Positions 45,271 through 54,352 of a DNA stretch of 64,000 nucleotides are shown in pieces. The position numbers and the translations under genes are program-made. Numbering within the stretch: the first letter of the stretch is position 1; the number at the start of each line of letters is the position of its first letter. The stretch comes from Actinomycetota bacterium (GTDB taxonomy: Bacteria; Actinomycetota; Thermoleophilia; Solirubrobacterales; 70-9): positions 2,022-66,021 of the forward strand of contig JAFDWC010000002.1 of NCBI GenBank assembly GCA_018268655.1. The letters are read 5' to 3'. The notes beneath the pieces were generated by a model. That model searched no databases, was not told the origin of the DNA, and saw nothing but the letters and a program-made list of their open reading frames with translations.

Positions 45271-46406
45271 ATGCCCTCCTGTCTCGTGTTCAAGTCGTTG
45301 CTCCATCCACGGGCCGCAACCCGCCACTCCTCGACGACCTTGCCGTCACGCAGGAGGTGAAGGCGGTCGTGGAGATTCACCACCGGGCAGGCGTGATTCG
45401 GCACCACCCGGACCCGATCCCCTGGTCGCAGCGCGCACCCCGGCGAAGCGGCGGCGATCGCGTGCTCCTCGAAGAGCCTGCAAATCTCCACCTCGGGGTG
45501 ATCGAGGACGATGCCGAAAGCTGGCGAGCGCGGCGACGGACGCTCGGTGGTCAGCGCCTTGGAGCCGCAGTCGAGGATCAGCCGGCCCGGGGCCGGGCGC
45601 GAGACCACGGTCGCCAGGACGCTGAGAGCGCACTGCTCGAGCGCGGCGACGCCGAGCGCGACCTGGCTGGCATCGTTGAAGACGTAGTTGCCGGGGCGAA
45701 CCTCAAAGTGCTCCCGCCCCCCCGGCCGCAGCCTCGACACGGTGGGCGTGGTGCCGATGCTGAGCGCCGGCACCTCGACGCCCCGCTCGCGGAGAGCGGC
45801 GGCACTCACCTCCACTGCCGCGCGCTCGTCGGCCGCGATCCGCTCGAGCTCCGCATCGTCGGCGGCCTGGTAGGCGTGGCCGGCGAAGGTCATCAGGCCG
45901 GCGAACGGTGCGGCATCGACCTCAGTCACCACCGCGGCGACCGCGCCGGCCGCCGGCGCGCCCGACTCGCCCCCGCAGCGCCCGACACCGCAGTCAACCT
46001 CCCAGAGCCAGCCGATCCGGACCCCGGCGCCGCGGCAGGCGGCGTCGAGCGCCCGTACCTGCGCGACATCGTCGAGGGCAACCCGCACGCTCGTCCGGCG
46101 CGCCAGGGCCGCGAGGCGGTCGAGGCGCCAGCGCCCGACCGGCGGATAGGCAATGAGGACCGCGGGCGCGCCCGCCTCGGCAAAGGTCTCGGCCTCCCGC
46201 AGCGTCGCGGCGGTGACACCAACGGCGCCGTGCTCGAGCTGCCGCCGCACAAGCTCGGCCGTCTTGTGCGTCTTCGCGTGCGGCCAGAGGTCGGCCTCGG
46301 CGCGCGCCACGTGGCGCGCCATCCCCTCGAGGTTGGCGTCGAGAATCGCTTCGTCGACCAGCAGCGAAGGGGTGGCCAGCTCACGCGTGTCGGCCACGAA
46401 GCTCAT
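45267..46406 (-). CDS. D-TA/DSD1-family PLP enzyme (alanine-racemase-fold; D-threonine aldolase / D-serine or D-3-hydroxyaspartate dehydratase-like)
   Basis: From the ATG at 46406: TPSLLVDEAILDANL, and PHAKTHKT with the PLP lysine. The C-terminal beta-domain carries NHACPVVN. Confidence 0.7.
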   Translation of the reverse strand: MSFVADTRELATPSLLVDEAILDANLEGMARHVARAEADLWPHAKTHKTAELVRRQLEHGAVGVTAATLREAETFAEAGAPAVLIAYPPVGRWRLDRLAALARRTSVRVALDDVAQVRALDAACRGAGVRIGWLWEVDCGVGRCGGESGAPAAGAVAAVVTEVDAAPFAGLMTFAGHAYQAADDAELERIAADERAAVEVSAAALRERGVEVPALSIGTTPTVSRLRPGGREHFEVRPGNYVFNDASQVALGVAALEQCALSVLATVVSRPAPGRLILDCGSKALTTERPSPRSPAFGIVLDHPEVEICRLFEEHAIAAASPGCALRPGDRVRVVPNHACPVVNLHDRLHLLRDGKVVEEWRVAARGWSNDLNTRQEGI

Positions 46407-46431
46407 CGGGGCAAAGAGGAGGAGGGGCACC

Positions 46432-48138
46432 TCATCGCGGCGCCGCCGCGAGGAAGTCGAAGTCGCAGCCGTCATGGGCCTGGGTGACGTGCTCGGCGTA
46501 GAGTCTCGCGTAGCCACGCGCGGGGCCGGCTCCGCGGGTCTTACGCGCCGCCAGGCGGCGCGCGATCTCCCCCTCAGGGAGGAGCGCTTCGAGCCGGCCG
46601 CCCTCGACGTCGAGCTCGATCATGTCGCCGTCGCGGAGCGCCGCCAGGGGTCCGCCGACCGCGGCCTCGGGCGAGACGTGGAGGACAGCGGTCCCCGCGG
46701 CGGTCCCACTCATCCGCGAGTCGCTGACCCGCAGCATGTCGCGAACGCCGGCGCGCAGCATCTTCCGCGGCAGCGGCAGATTTCCCCACTCGGGCATCCC
46801 CGGGCCGCCGACGGGACCGCCGTGCTTGAGCACGAGGACGCTCTCCGGCGTCACCTCGAGCGCGTCGTCCTCCAGCCGCCGGAGCATTTCCTCACGGCTC
46901 TCGAAGACGATGGCGGGACCGCGGTGCCTGAGCAGCTCCGGGCTGGCGACGCTGCGCTTGATCACCGCTCCGTCGGGTGCCAGGTTGCCGAACACCGCGG
47001 CGATCCCGCCCACCTTCTCGAGCGGGTCCTCGAGCGAGTGGATGATCCCTTCCCGTCCGTGGTCGGGTTCGGCGGCAGCGATCACCTCGGCCACCGTCTG
47101 CCCTCCCACCGTGGGAGCGTCGAGGTTCAGGAGCGGCGCGAGGACGCCCAACACAGCCGGCACGCCGCCGGCGAAGAAGAGGTCCTCCATCAGCGCCCGC
47201 CCTGCCGGCTTGACGTCGACGATTGCCGGGGTCTCGCGGGAGATTCGGTCGATCGTCCGCAGGTCGAGCGAGGAGCCGGCGCGGCGCGCGAGCGCGAGCA
47301 GGTGCATGACGACGTTGGTCGAGCCGGCCAGAGCGGCGAGCATCCTCACCCCGTTTTCGAAGGCTTGGTCGGTGAGCAGGTCGCGGACCGGCACCCCCTG
47401 CCGCGCCAGGGCAACCGCGGTCCGCCCAGTCTGGCGGGAGATCTCGCCGCGCCGCGAATCAACCGCCGGCGTCGCCGCGGCGCCGGGCTCGGTCAGGCCC
47501 ATCGCCTCGACCACGCAGGCGAGGGTGGAGGCGGTGCCCGCGGTCGAGCAGTGGCCGGGGCTGCGCTCGATGTGCTCCTCGAGCTCGCGCCATTCCGCCG
47601 GCGATATCTCGCCAGCGCGGTAGCGATCGTAGTTGCGGCCGGCGTCGGTGCCGGAGCCGACCTCCTCGCCGCGGAAGCGGCCGCCGAGCCCGGGGCCGCC
47701 GGGCAGGATGATCGCCGGTACGCCGGCGCTCGCCGCTCCCATCAGCATCGCCGGGATCGTCTCGTCGCACGAAGCGATCAGCACCACCGCGTCGAGCGGA
47801 TAGATCGAGAGCGTCTGCTCGACCTCGACGGCAAGCAGGTTGCGGTGCATGAAGGTCGCCCCGGCGGGTACGGCGAGGTCGGCCCCGAGCGACATCGAGG
47901 GGAACTCGAAGGCGAGCCCGCCAGCTTGCTGGATGCCCTCCTTCACCCAGCGGGCAAGGGCGCCGAAGTGGAGATGGCAGCGCGCCAGCTCGCTCCAGTT
48001 GGTGCAGACGCCGATCTTCGGGACGTCGACGAAGTCCTCGTCGCGGAGGCCCCTCACCTTCATCGCGCTGCGGCGGATGAACGACTCGACGTCGTCGCCC
48101 TGAAACCAGCAGGCGCTGCGCAGCCCGCGCTCGCTCAA
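46432..48138 (-). CDS. IlvD/Edd family dehydratase (dihydroxy-acid/aldonate dehydratase)
   Basis: LRSACWFQGDD..., CDETIPAML, GHCSTAGTASTL, SDSRMSGT. The TTG start at 48138 overlaps the upstream stop (TTGA). Confidence 0.85.
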   Translation of the reverse strand: MSERGLRSACWFQGDDVESFIRRSAMKVRGLRDEDFVDVPKIGVCTNWSELARCHLHFGALARWVKEGIQQAGGLAFEFPSMSLGADLAVPAGATFMHRNLLAVEVEQTLSIYPLDAVVLIASCDETIPAMLMGAASAGVPAIILPGGPGLGGRFRGEEVGSGTDAGRNYDRYRAGEISPAEWRELEEHIERSPGHCSTAGTASTLACVVEAMGLTEPGAAATPAVDSRRGEISRQTGRTAVALARQGVPVRDLLTDQAFENGVRMLAALAGSTNVVMHLLALARRAGSSLDLRTIDRISRETPAIVDVKPAGRALMEDLFFAGGVPAVLGVLAPLLNLDAPTVGGQTVAEVIAAAEPDHGREGIIHSLEDPLEKVGGIAAVFGNLAPDGAVIKRSVASPELLRHRGPAIVFESREEMLRRLEDDALEVTPESVLVLKHGGPVGGPGMPEWGNLPLPRKMLRAGVRDMLRVSDSRMSGTAAGTAVLHVSPEAAVGGPLAALRDGDMIELDVEGGRLEALLPEGEIARRLAARKTRGAGPARGYARLYAEHVTQAHDGCDFDFLAAAPR

Positions 48139-49187
48139 AGCGCTTCCTCGGCGAGCGGAGCCGCCGCTCCGGCGCCCCAGATGTCGGCGAGCATGTAGCC
48201 GCCGCCGACCGGGTCCTCGGGGTCGCGGCCCAGCTGGTGGACGCCAGTGATCCAGGCCCGCCCGCTGATCTCGGTCACCACCGCTGGGTAGGGACCGATC
48301 GTCGTCTGCTCCAGGATGCGGGCGCTGAAGGTGGTTGCGAGGATGCTCTCGTTGACGTAGGAAACGCCGAGAGCGAGCTCGCCGCGGGCATGCGCCACCG
48401 CCAGCTTCGCCGCGGTCCCGGTCCCGCAGGGCGAGCGGTCCGAGCGACCGGGGCTGACGATGTTTGCGCTGCGCCCGTCGCCGCCGTTGCGGGCGGGGCC
48501 ATGGAAGTGGGTGAAGATAATCGTGTCGCCCGCCTCGCGCTCGGGATGGGAGACCGGCACCTGCTCGGCAGCCGCCCGCTTGATCTGCTCGCCGATGCGC
48601 CCCAGCTCGGGGGCCTCGTCCGGGACCAGGGAGAAGCCGAGCGAGGTCGCGTCGACGAGTGCGAAGAAGGCTCCGCCCCAAGCGATGTCGGCGACCACGG
48701 TGCCAAGCCCCGGCACCTCGATCGCGCGGTCGAGCTCGGTGACGAAGGAGGGAACGTTGGCGAAGGAGACGCTGCGGCAGCGGCCCTCCTCGCATCGAGC
48801 GAGCGCGCGGACGATTCCGGCTGGCGTCTCCAGCGTTACCTCGGTCACCGGTTCGCGCATCGGCAGGGTGCCCGTCTCGAGCAGGACCGTGACCGAGCAG
48901 ATCAGGTTCGTCCCCGACATCGGGAAGTAATTGGAGGCGCCCATGATCACGATCCCGGCATCGGCGCGTGGGTCGGCCGACGGGAAGACGAGGTCGGCGG
49001 CCAATGAGGGCAGCCCGCGCGGCTCGTGGAGGAGGAAGCGGCGCAGCTCGTCTCCCCGAACCTCGAGGTGCTCGGCCTTCTCCGCCATCGTCGTCCCCGG
49101 AACGTCCAGCACGCCTCCGAGCACGATCCGACTCGGCTCACCCTCGGCGTGGGCGTCGACAGCGTGGATGAGGTTGCTCAGCTGCAT
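48135..49187 (-). CDS. proline racemase / hydroxyproline epimerase-dehydratase family protein (atypical Ser/Cys catalytic pair)
   Basis: IHAVDAHAEGEPSRIV, PMSGTN at the first acid/base position, DRSPCGTGTAAK at the second. Confidence 0.85.
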   Translation of the reverse strand: MQLSNLIHAVDAHAEGEPSRIVLGGVLDVPGTTMAEKAEHLEVRGDELRRFLLHEPRGLPSLAADLVFPSADPRADAGIVIMGASNYFPMSGTNLICSVTVLLETGTLPMREPVTEVTLETPAGIVRALARCEEGRCRSVSFANVPSFVTELDRAIEVPGLGTVVADIAWGGAFFALVDATSLGFSLVPDEAPELGRIGEQIKRAAAEQVPVSHPEREAGDTIIFTHFHGPARNGGDGRSANIVSPGRSDRSPCGTGTAAKLAVAHARGELALGVSYVNESILATTFSARILEQTTIGPYPAVVTEISGRAWITGVHQLGRDPEDPVGGGYMLADIWGAGAAAPLAEEAL

Positions 49188-49188
49188 C

Positions 49189-49995
49189 TCAGGACACGAA
49201 GGCGATTGCCCGGCCCGGCGCTCCGGTGCCGTTCTTGATCTTCAAGGGCAGCATCAGAAAGGTGGCGCCGCGGGTAGGCAGCTCGCGCAGCCCTGTCAAC
49301 CCCTCGATGAAGATCATCCGCCGGCCGAGGCCCGCCAGGTGGGCGGGGGCGCCGTCCTCGGTCGCTCCGACACTCGGCGCTTCGGTGCCGAGCGTGACGA
49401 TCCCGCGCTGGTCGAGCATCTCGATGGCGGCGGCGTCGGGAGCCGGCCACCCCGGCCCCTTGCCCTCGACGACCGGCGCGCGACCGTAGGCGTCACCGTC
49501 GGCCCCCGGCCCGTAGAGATCGGCCCAGTCGCTGCGGAAGAGGACGATCTCGCTGGGCTCGAGGCGACCGTGCTCGGCCTCGAAAGCCTCGATCGTGGCC
49601 GGCGTGATCGCCGGGCTGACGCCGTCCTGTACCGGCCCCTCGCGGAGGTGCCTCACGTCGATGACCACCGCCGCGCCGAATAGCCCCTCGAGTGGCAGCT
49701 GCTCGACCGTGACCGTTCCCGCCCCGGCGGCGTTCGGCAGGCCCGAATCGGGCTCGGGGATGAAGTGAGCGGGGGCGTCGAGATGGGTGCCTGTGTGCTC
49801 GTCGATCGCCAGCCAGCGTGTCTGGTAGGCACCGAGCCTTGCGCTGCGCGGGTCGCGGCCGCCAACATCGGCGTAGTAGTTGTAGACGTGATGCTGGTAG
49901 GGAAGATGGGTCGGCCAGGAGCACGGCAGCGACTCGGCCAGCTCGACCGTCAGGTCGATGATCCGCCTCCCGGCTCCCGGCTCGACCCAGCTCAT
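49189..49995 (-). CDS. cyclase family protein (metal-dependent hydrolase)
   Basis: From the ATG at 49995: DEHTGTHLDAPAHF is the canonical cyclase/kynurenine-formamidase motif. Confidence 0.75.
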   Translation of the reverse strand: MSWVEPGAGRRIIDLTVELAESLPCSWPTHLPYQHHVYNYYADVGGRDPRSARLGAYQTRWLAIDEHTGTHLDAPAHFIPEPDSGLPNAAGAGTVTVEQLPLEGLFGAAVVIDVRHLREGPVQDGVSPAITPATIEAFEAEHGRLEPSEIVLFRSDWADLYGPGADGDAYGRAPVVEGKGPGWPAPDAAAIEMLDQRGIVTLGTEAPSVGATEDGAPAHLAGLGRRMIFIEGLTGLRELPTRGATFLMLPLKIKNGTGAPGRAIAFVS

Positions 49996-50906
49996 CAGCT
50001 CGGCGCCCCCGCAACCGCCAGCAGACCGAGCCCGTCCAGCGCCTGCTCGAGCGCTTCGCGGCGATCGCCGCCCAGCGACAGGAGCGGCGAGCGCAGCGGC
50101 CCGATCGGCCTTCCGACCATCTCCATCGCCGCCTTGACCGCGTTGGCGTAGCCGCCGCTGACCATCACCTGCATCAGCGGCCGCAGGCGCTCCCACGCCG
50201 CCAGCGCGCCCTCGGCGTCGCCTTCAGCCAGCAGACGGTAGACCCCGACGCAGGCCTTGCCGGCGAAGTTCGGCGTGCCGACGATCGCACCGATCGCTCC
50301 CTCGACGAGGGCGGGCAGGAACAGCGTGTCCCAGCCGTTGAAGACGCGGACCGTGTCGGCGAAATCGGTGGTGAGGACGCCGATCTGCGAGAGGTCGCCG
50401 GTCGACTCCTTGACGTAGCGGATCGACGGCACGCGCTCGCAGAACCTGGCGAGCCGCTCGGGGTCGACGTTGGCACCGACGGCGATCGGGAGGTTGTAGA
50501 AGATGATCGGGAGGTCGGTGACCTCCGCGATACCGGCGTAGTAAGCCGTGACCTCCTCGTCGTCGAGCGGCTCGTAGTAGGGGCTGACCGCGAGGATCGC
50601 GGCAGCCGAGACCGACTCGGCGTGACGGGCCATCTCCCGTGCGTCGCGGATCGAGCAGGAGCCGACGTGGGGGATCAGGGCGACTCGGCCGTCAGCCGTC
50701 TCGGCGACGACCTCGGTGACCCGCATCCGCTCGGCTGTGGTCAGCGAGGAGCACTCGCCGGTGGAGCCGCCGACCACCAGGCCGGCGACGCCGTCGGCGA
50801 TCACCTCGTCGGCGAAGGAGCGCAGTCGCGCCTCGTCCACTTCCTGGTTCTGGTCGAAGGGAGTGGCGAGAGCGCAGTGGACGCCGGCCAGCTCATCGGT
50901 GCTCAT
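49995..50906 (-). CDS. dihydrodipicolinate synthase/N-acetylneuraminate lyase (DapA) family protein
   Basis: GVHCALATPF, GLVVGGSTGE, IFYNLP, YVKEST with the Schiff-base Lys. AAGGAA SD. Confidence 0.85.
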   Translation of the reverse strand: MSTDELAGVHCALATPFDQNQEVDEARLRSFADEVIADGVAGLVVGGSTGECSSLTTAERMRVTEVVAETADGRVALIPHVGSCSIRDAREMARHAESVSAAAILAVSPYYEPLDDEEVTAYYAGIAEVTDLPIIFYNLPIAVGANVDPERLARFCERVPSIRYVKESTGDLSQIGVLTTDFADTVRVFNGWDTLFLPALVEGAIGAIVGTPNFAGKACVGVYRLLAEGDAEGALAAWERLRPLMQVMVSGGYANAVKAAMEMVGRPIGPLRSPLLSLGGDRREALEQALDGLGLLAVAGAPS

Positions 50907-51035
50907 CCGAGTTGTTCCTTTCGTAGCTCATTTCGTTTCGCACCAGTGTTATCCGGCGCGAGTGGAGTGAAAAGGTGTGTCTTTGCTTTGCCTGCCAAAG
51001 GCAAGGCAGGATGGCCGGACCCGGCAGACCGGCTC

Positions 51036-51800
51036 TCAGCCGGCCTCGGCGTGCTCGATGTCCTCGGGTTCCTCATGCCAGCGGACCTTCTCGCCGACCC
51101 GCGCCCGGAGCTTCCAGCGGCGCGACTTGGGAGCCTCCTCGAGGCGCTCGAGGAGGAGGTCGATCCGCTCGACGACGGTTCCAAGCCCTGGGTCCGCGCC
51201 GGCTTCGGTGGCGAGTCCCGAGGCGTAATCCCGAGTGCGGGCGGCGACGATGGTGACCGTCTTCCACCAGCCCCAGTCGCGAGCGCAGACCTGCTCGATC
51301 CGGTTCAGGTTGATGCCGGAGTCGTCCTCGGTGAGGTCGTGATCCTTGAGCAGGGCAACGGCATCCTGGAAGTCCTTCTCGTTGGTCTCCAGCACCTGCA
51401 GCTTGGAGAGCAGAAGGTCAGCGGGTGGAATCGTCAGCTCGCAGACGCCGAGGCGGTCGCGTACGTCGAGCAGGTGGCAGCCGCGGACCTGGTTGAGGAA
51501 GACGTCGGCCAGTCGGGAGCTGCCGGGGTCGTGAAAGAAGCGCCGCGACTCGCCGTGCAACGCGTTGAACTCGCCGTCCGGTGTGTAGCCGAGGTCGACA
51601 AAGAGGGGCTCGAGCTGGCGTGAGCTGCCGCTGTCGGCGACGAAGTCGATGTCGGAGTACTGCCGCGCCAGCGGCGCCGAACGCGCACTTGGACAGATCA
51701 ACGCGATCGCGACTCCGCCAGTTGCCCGCAGACCCACGCCCGATGAGTCAGCCGCCGCGACGACCCGCCGAGCCTCTTCGAATGGATCGTCGATCGTCAT
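51036..51800 (-). CDS. minimal nucleotidyltransferase-fold hypothetical protein (orphan)
   Basis: ATGGVAIAL...YSDIDFVA matches the G[GS]...DxD NTase motif, and PPADLLLSKLQ is a helix like that of the 12710..13395 protein. AAGGAG SD. Confidence 0.5.
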   Translation of the reverse strand: MTIDDPFEEARRVVAAADSSGVGLRATGGVAIALICPSARSAPLARQYSDIDFVADSGSSRQLEPLFVDLGYTPDGEFNALHGESRRFFHDPGSSRLADVFLNQVRGCHLLDVRDRLGVCELTIPPADLLLSKLQVLETNEKDFQDAVALLKDHDLTEDDSGINLNRIEQVCARDWGWWKTVTIVAARTRDYASGLATEAGADPGLGTVVERIDLLLERLEEAPKSRRWKLRARVGEKVRWHEEPEDIEHAEAG

Positions 51801-51949
51801 CTGCTCTCCTTCCCATTCACCGCCGCGTCCACCCCGGACGGGCCTGGCGAGGGTATCCGCGAGGCCGAGGTCGTCCTAGGGGCAGATCCCTTCAGGGCAC
51901 CAAGGGCGGTCCTTGGGAGGCTCGGTCGTGACGAGCTCGGTGATCGTGC

Positions 51950-53167
51950 TCAGCAGGCCGCCTTCATCTCGATCCGGTCGAGGTCCCCAGCCCAGGCCGC
52001 CTCGAGCAGGGCCTCGGCGTCTACCGGACCGACCGGCCGGGGGTTGTTGTCGATGAGACGGGTGATCCCGACAGCCTGCGCGGCCATCCGCGGCAGGTCG
52101 CCGCGGTCGACGCCGATCTCGCGCAGGGAGCCTGGGAGCCCTGCCGCCAGGCCGATCTCTCGCACCTTGGCCGATGCGGCCTCGGGGTCTGATCCGACAC
52201 CGAGCGCCTCGCCGACGTGGCGGAGCTTCTCCTCCGCCGCCGGAGCGTTGAAGCGCATGACGAACGGCAGCAGCAATCCGACGCCGAGGCCGTGCGGGGT
52301 CTTGCTCGCGGCGCCGAGCGGATACTGCAGCGCGTGAGCGGCCGCCGTGCCTGCGGTGCCGAACGCGAGGCCGGCGAGGAGGCTTCCAGAAAGCATCCCG
52401 GCACGCCCGCTCGACCGGTCCTCGAGGGCATCGAGGAACGAATCCGAAATCTGGCCGATCGCCCTCAGCGCGAACCCGTCGGTCAGCTGCCCGGAGCCGA
52501 CGAAGACCCGCTCGCCCATCTCCTCCCAGCTCGAGCGACCGACGGCGGTGTACGCCTCGATCGCATGCGCGAGGGCGTCGATCCCCGCGTAAGCGGTGAC
52601 CGAGCGCGGGGCTCCGAAACAGAGGTCGGGATCACAGATGGCGGCCCGCGGGATCAGCCAGGGGCTGGAGATCCCGACCTTGAGCTCGCGCCCGGGGTCG
52701 GTGAGGACGGCGACCGGGGTCACCTCCGAACCGGTGCCGCCGGTGGTGGGCACCGCGACCACCGGCAATGATGGCCCCGGGACCGCGTTCTCGCCGTAGT
52801 GCTCGGCGAGCGGAGCGTCGTGGGCGAGCCCGAGCGAGACCAGCTTGGCGACGTCAATGCAGCTGCCGCCGCCGAGGCCGACGACGACGTCCGGAGCGAT
52901 CGAACGCGCTGCGGCGATTGCATCTTCGACGCCCGCCAGCGGCAGCTCCGGCTGTGCAGAGTCCAGTAGCTCGTAGTCGAGGCCGGCGGCGCGCAGGCTC
53001 GCCTCGACCGCGGCGCCCTGCGATGCCGAGGCGAGGAAGGAGTCGGTGCAGACGAGCACCTTCCCCTCACCGGCGAGCGAGCGAACCGTCGCCCCGAGAG
53101 TGCGAACGGCGCCGCTGCCAAGGCGGATCGAGGCGGGAGCGCGCAGGAGTGCCGGCGCGGCGGTCAT
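51950..53167 (-). CDS. iron-containing (group III) alcohol dehydrogenase
   Basis: GGGSCIDVAK, VAVPTTGGTGSE, His-rich metal-site region IDALAHAIEAY. Confidence 0.85.
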   Translation of the reverse strand: MTAAPALLRAPASIRLGSGAVRTLGATVRSLAGEGKVLVCTDSFLASASQGAAVEASLRAAGLDYELLDSAQPELPLAGVEDAIAAARSIAPDVVVGLGGGSCIDVAKLVSLGLAHDAPLAEHYGENAVPGPSLPVVAVPTTGGTGSEVTPVAVLTDPGRELKVGISSPWLIPRAAICDPDLCFGAPRSVTAYAGIDALAHAIEAYTAVGRSSWEEMGERVFVGSGQLTDGFALRAIGQISDSFLDALEDRSSGRAGMLSGSLLAGLAFGTAGTAAAHALQYPLGAASKTPHGLGVGLLLPFVMRFNAPAAEEKLRHVGEALGVGSDPEAASAKVREIGLAAGLPGSLREIGVDRGDLPRMAAQAVGITRLIDNNPRPVGPVDAEALLEAAWAGDLDRIEMKAAC

Positions 53168-54234
53168 TCGGCGCCCGCCATCTTCTCGTCACGGAGGCGC
53201 AAGAGCTCTTGCCACAGCGCCGCAGGCAGCGGGATTCCCGCCCGCAGCCGCCGCTCGCGCTCACTCCGCATCCGGTCCCCGGGGATCAGCACCGAGTCGT
53301 ACCCCGGAGCCGTCGGCGCCACGCGCAGCTCCTCCAGATAAGCGGAGAGATAGCTCGCGGGGCTCGGCGCGCCCACCACCGCCGGGTCGATGACGATGAC
53401 CGCGTCTCCCTTGGTGACCGGGTGATGGCCGTCGAGCGTCCCCCGCACCTCGACCCCCAGGGCGGTCCGGCTGAGCAGCGCGACCAGCAGCTCTATTGCC
53501 AGCGAGAGCCCGTAGCCCTTGCCGCCCCCGAACGGCGAGATCGCCCCGTCCTGGGCCCGCTCGGGGACCGTCGTCGGATTGCCGGCGGCGTCGATGCAGC
53601 GGCCCGGCGGTAGCGATTCGCCACGCTGGGCGCTCGCGATCACCTCCCCGGCGGAGATCGACCCTGTGGACATATCGAGAACGAACGGCTCCGGATCCGC
53701 GGGTACGCCGACTCCGATCGGGTTGGTCCCGAGCAGCGCGGTCCTGCCGCCGGTCGGATGGACCAGCGCCTCGCTCGTGGTCATCACGATCCCGACCATT
53801 CCCCGTTCGCAGATCCGCTCCAGGTAAGGAGCGAGCATCCCGATGTGGCTTGCCCGCCGCACTCCGGCCATGGCGACGCCGGTCCGTCCGGCGCGGTCGC
53901 TCAACAACTCGATCGCCGCCTCGATGGCTACCGTGCCGAATCCGTCGTGGCCGTCGATCGCCAGGAAGGCATCGCTGGTCCAGCTCGTCTGCAGCTCGGC
54001 CTCGGGATCCAGCACCCCGGACTCAATCCGCTCGATCAGGGTCGGAAGCCGTTGCATTCCGTGCGAAGGCCGGCCGCGAAGATCCCCCTCAACCAGGTGG
54101 CTCGTCTGCAGCGCCGCAGCGCTCCGGCCCACCCCGTGCTTGGCGAGGATCGCTTCACCGGCCTGCTGAGCCTCATCGTGACCGACCGAGATCAGCTTGG
54201 GGCCGTCGTTGTCTTGGGTCGCCGGCGGGGCCAT
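53164..54234 (-). CDS. Ldh_2 family (malate/L-lactate dehydrogenase type 2) oxidoreductase
   Basis: GRPSHGMQRLPTLIERI, SHIGMLAPY, LGTNPIGVGVP, GGGKGYGLSLAIELL are typical of the Ldh_2 family. That family includes Pyr2C/Pip2C reductases. Confidence 0.8.
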   Translation of the reverse strand: MAPPATQDNDGPKLISVGHDEAQQAGEAILAKHGVGRSAAALQTSHLVEGDLRGRPSHGMQRLPTLIERIESGVLDPEAELQTSWTSDAFLAIDGHDGFGTVAIEAAIELLSDRAGRTGVAMAGVRRASHIGMLAPYLERICERGMVGIVMTTSEALVHPTGGRTALLGTNPIGVGVPADPEPFVLDMSTGSISAGEVIASAQRGESLPPGRCIDAAGNPTTVPERAQDGAISPFGGGKGYGLSLAIELLVALLSRTALGVEVRGTLDGHHPVTKGDAVIVIDPAVVGAPSPASYLSAYLEELRVAPTAPGYDSVLIPGDRMRSERERRLRAGIPLPAALWQELLRLRDEKMAGAE

Positions 54235-54352
54235 CGATCAGCCGTCAAGCAAACTCGCAATCGCGGCCGCTGGCAATAAGCGATCGACTTTGCCGCGCGA
54301 AGGCAAACGCGTGTGGTCGAACCTCCCGCCATCGAGGACGATTCCCCGACGG

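Noticed and set aside
3897-54305. Hairpins built on TTGCC/GGCAA cores (3897-3939, 25027-25047, about 50985-51010, about 54285-54303) as a dispersed REP-like family
   Set aside because: Similarity is limited to a 5-9-nt core. Loop sizes, flanks and orientations differ. I cannot distinguish this from chance among GC-rich terminator hairpins without a genome-wide count.
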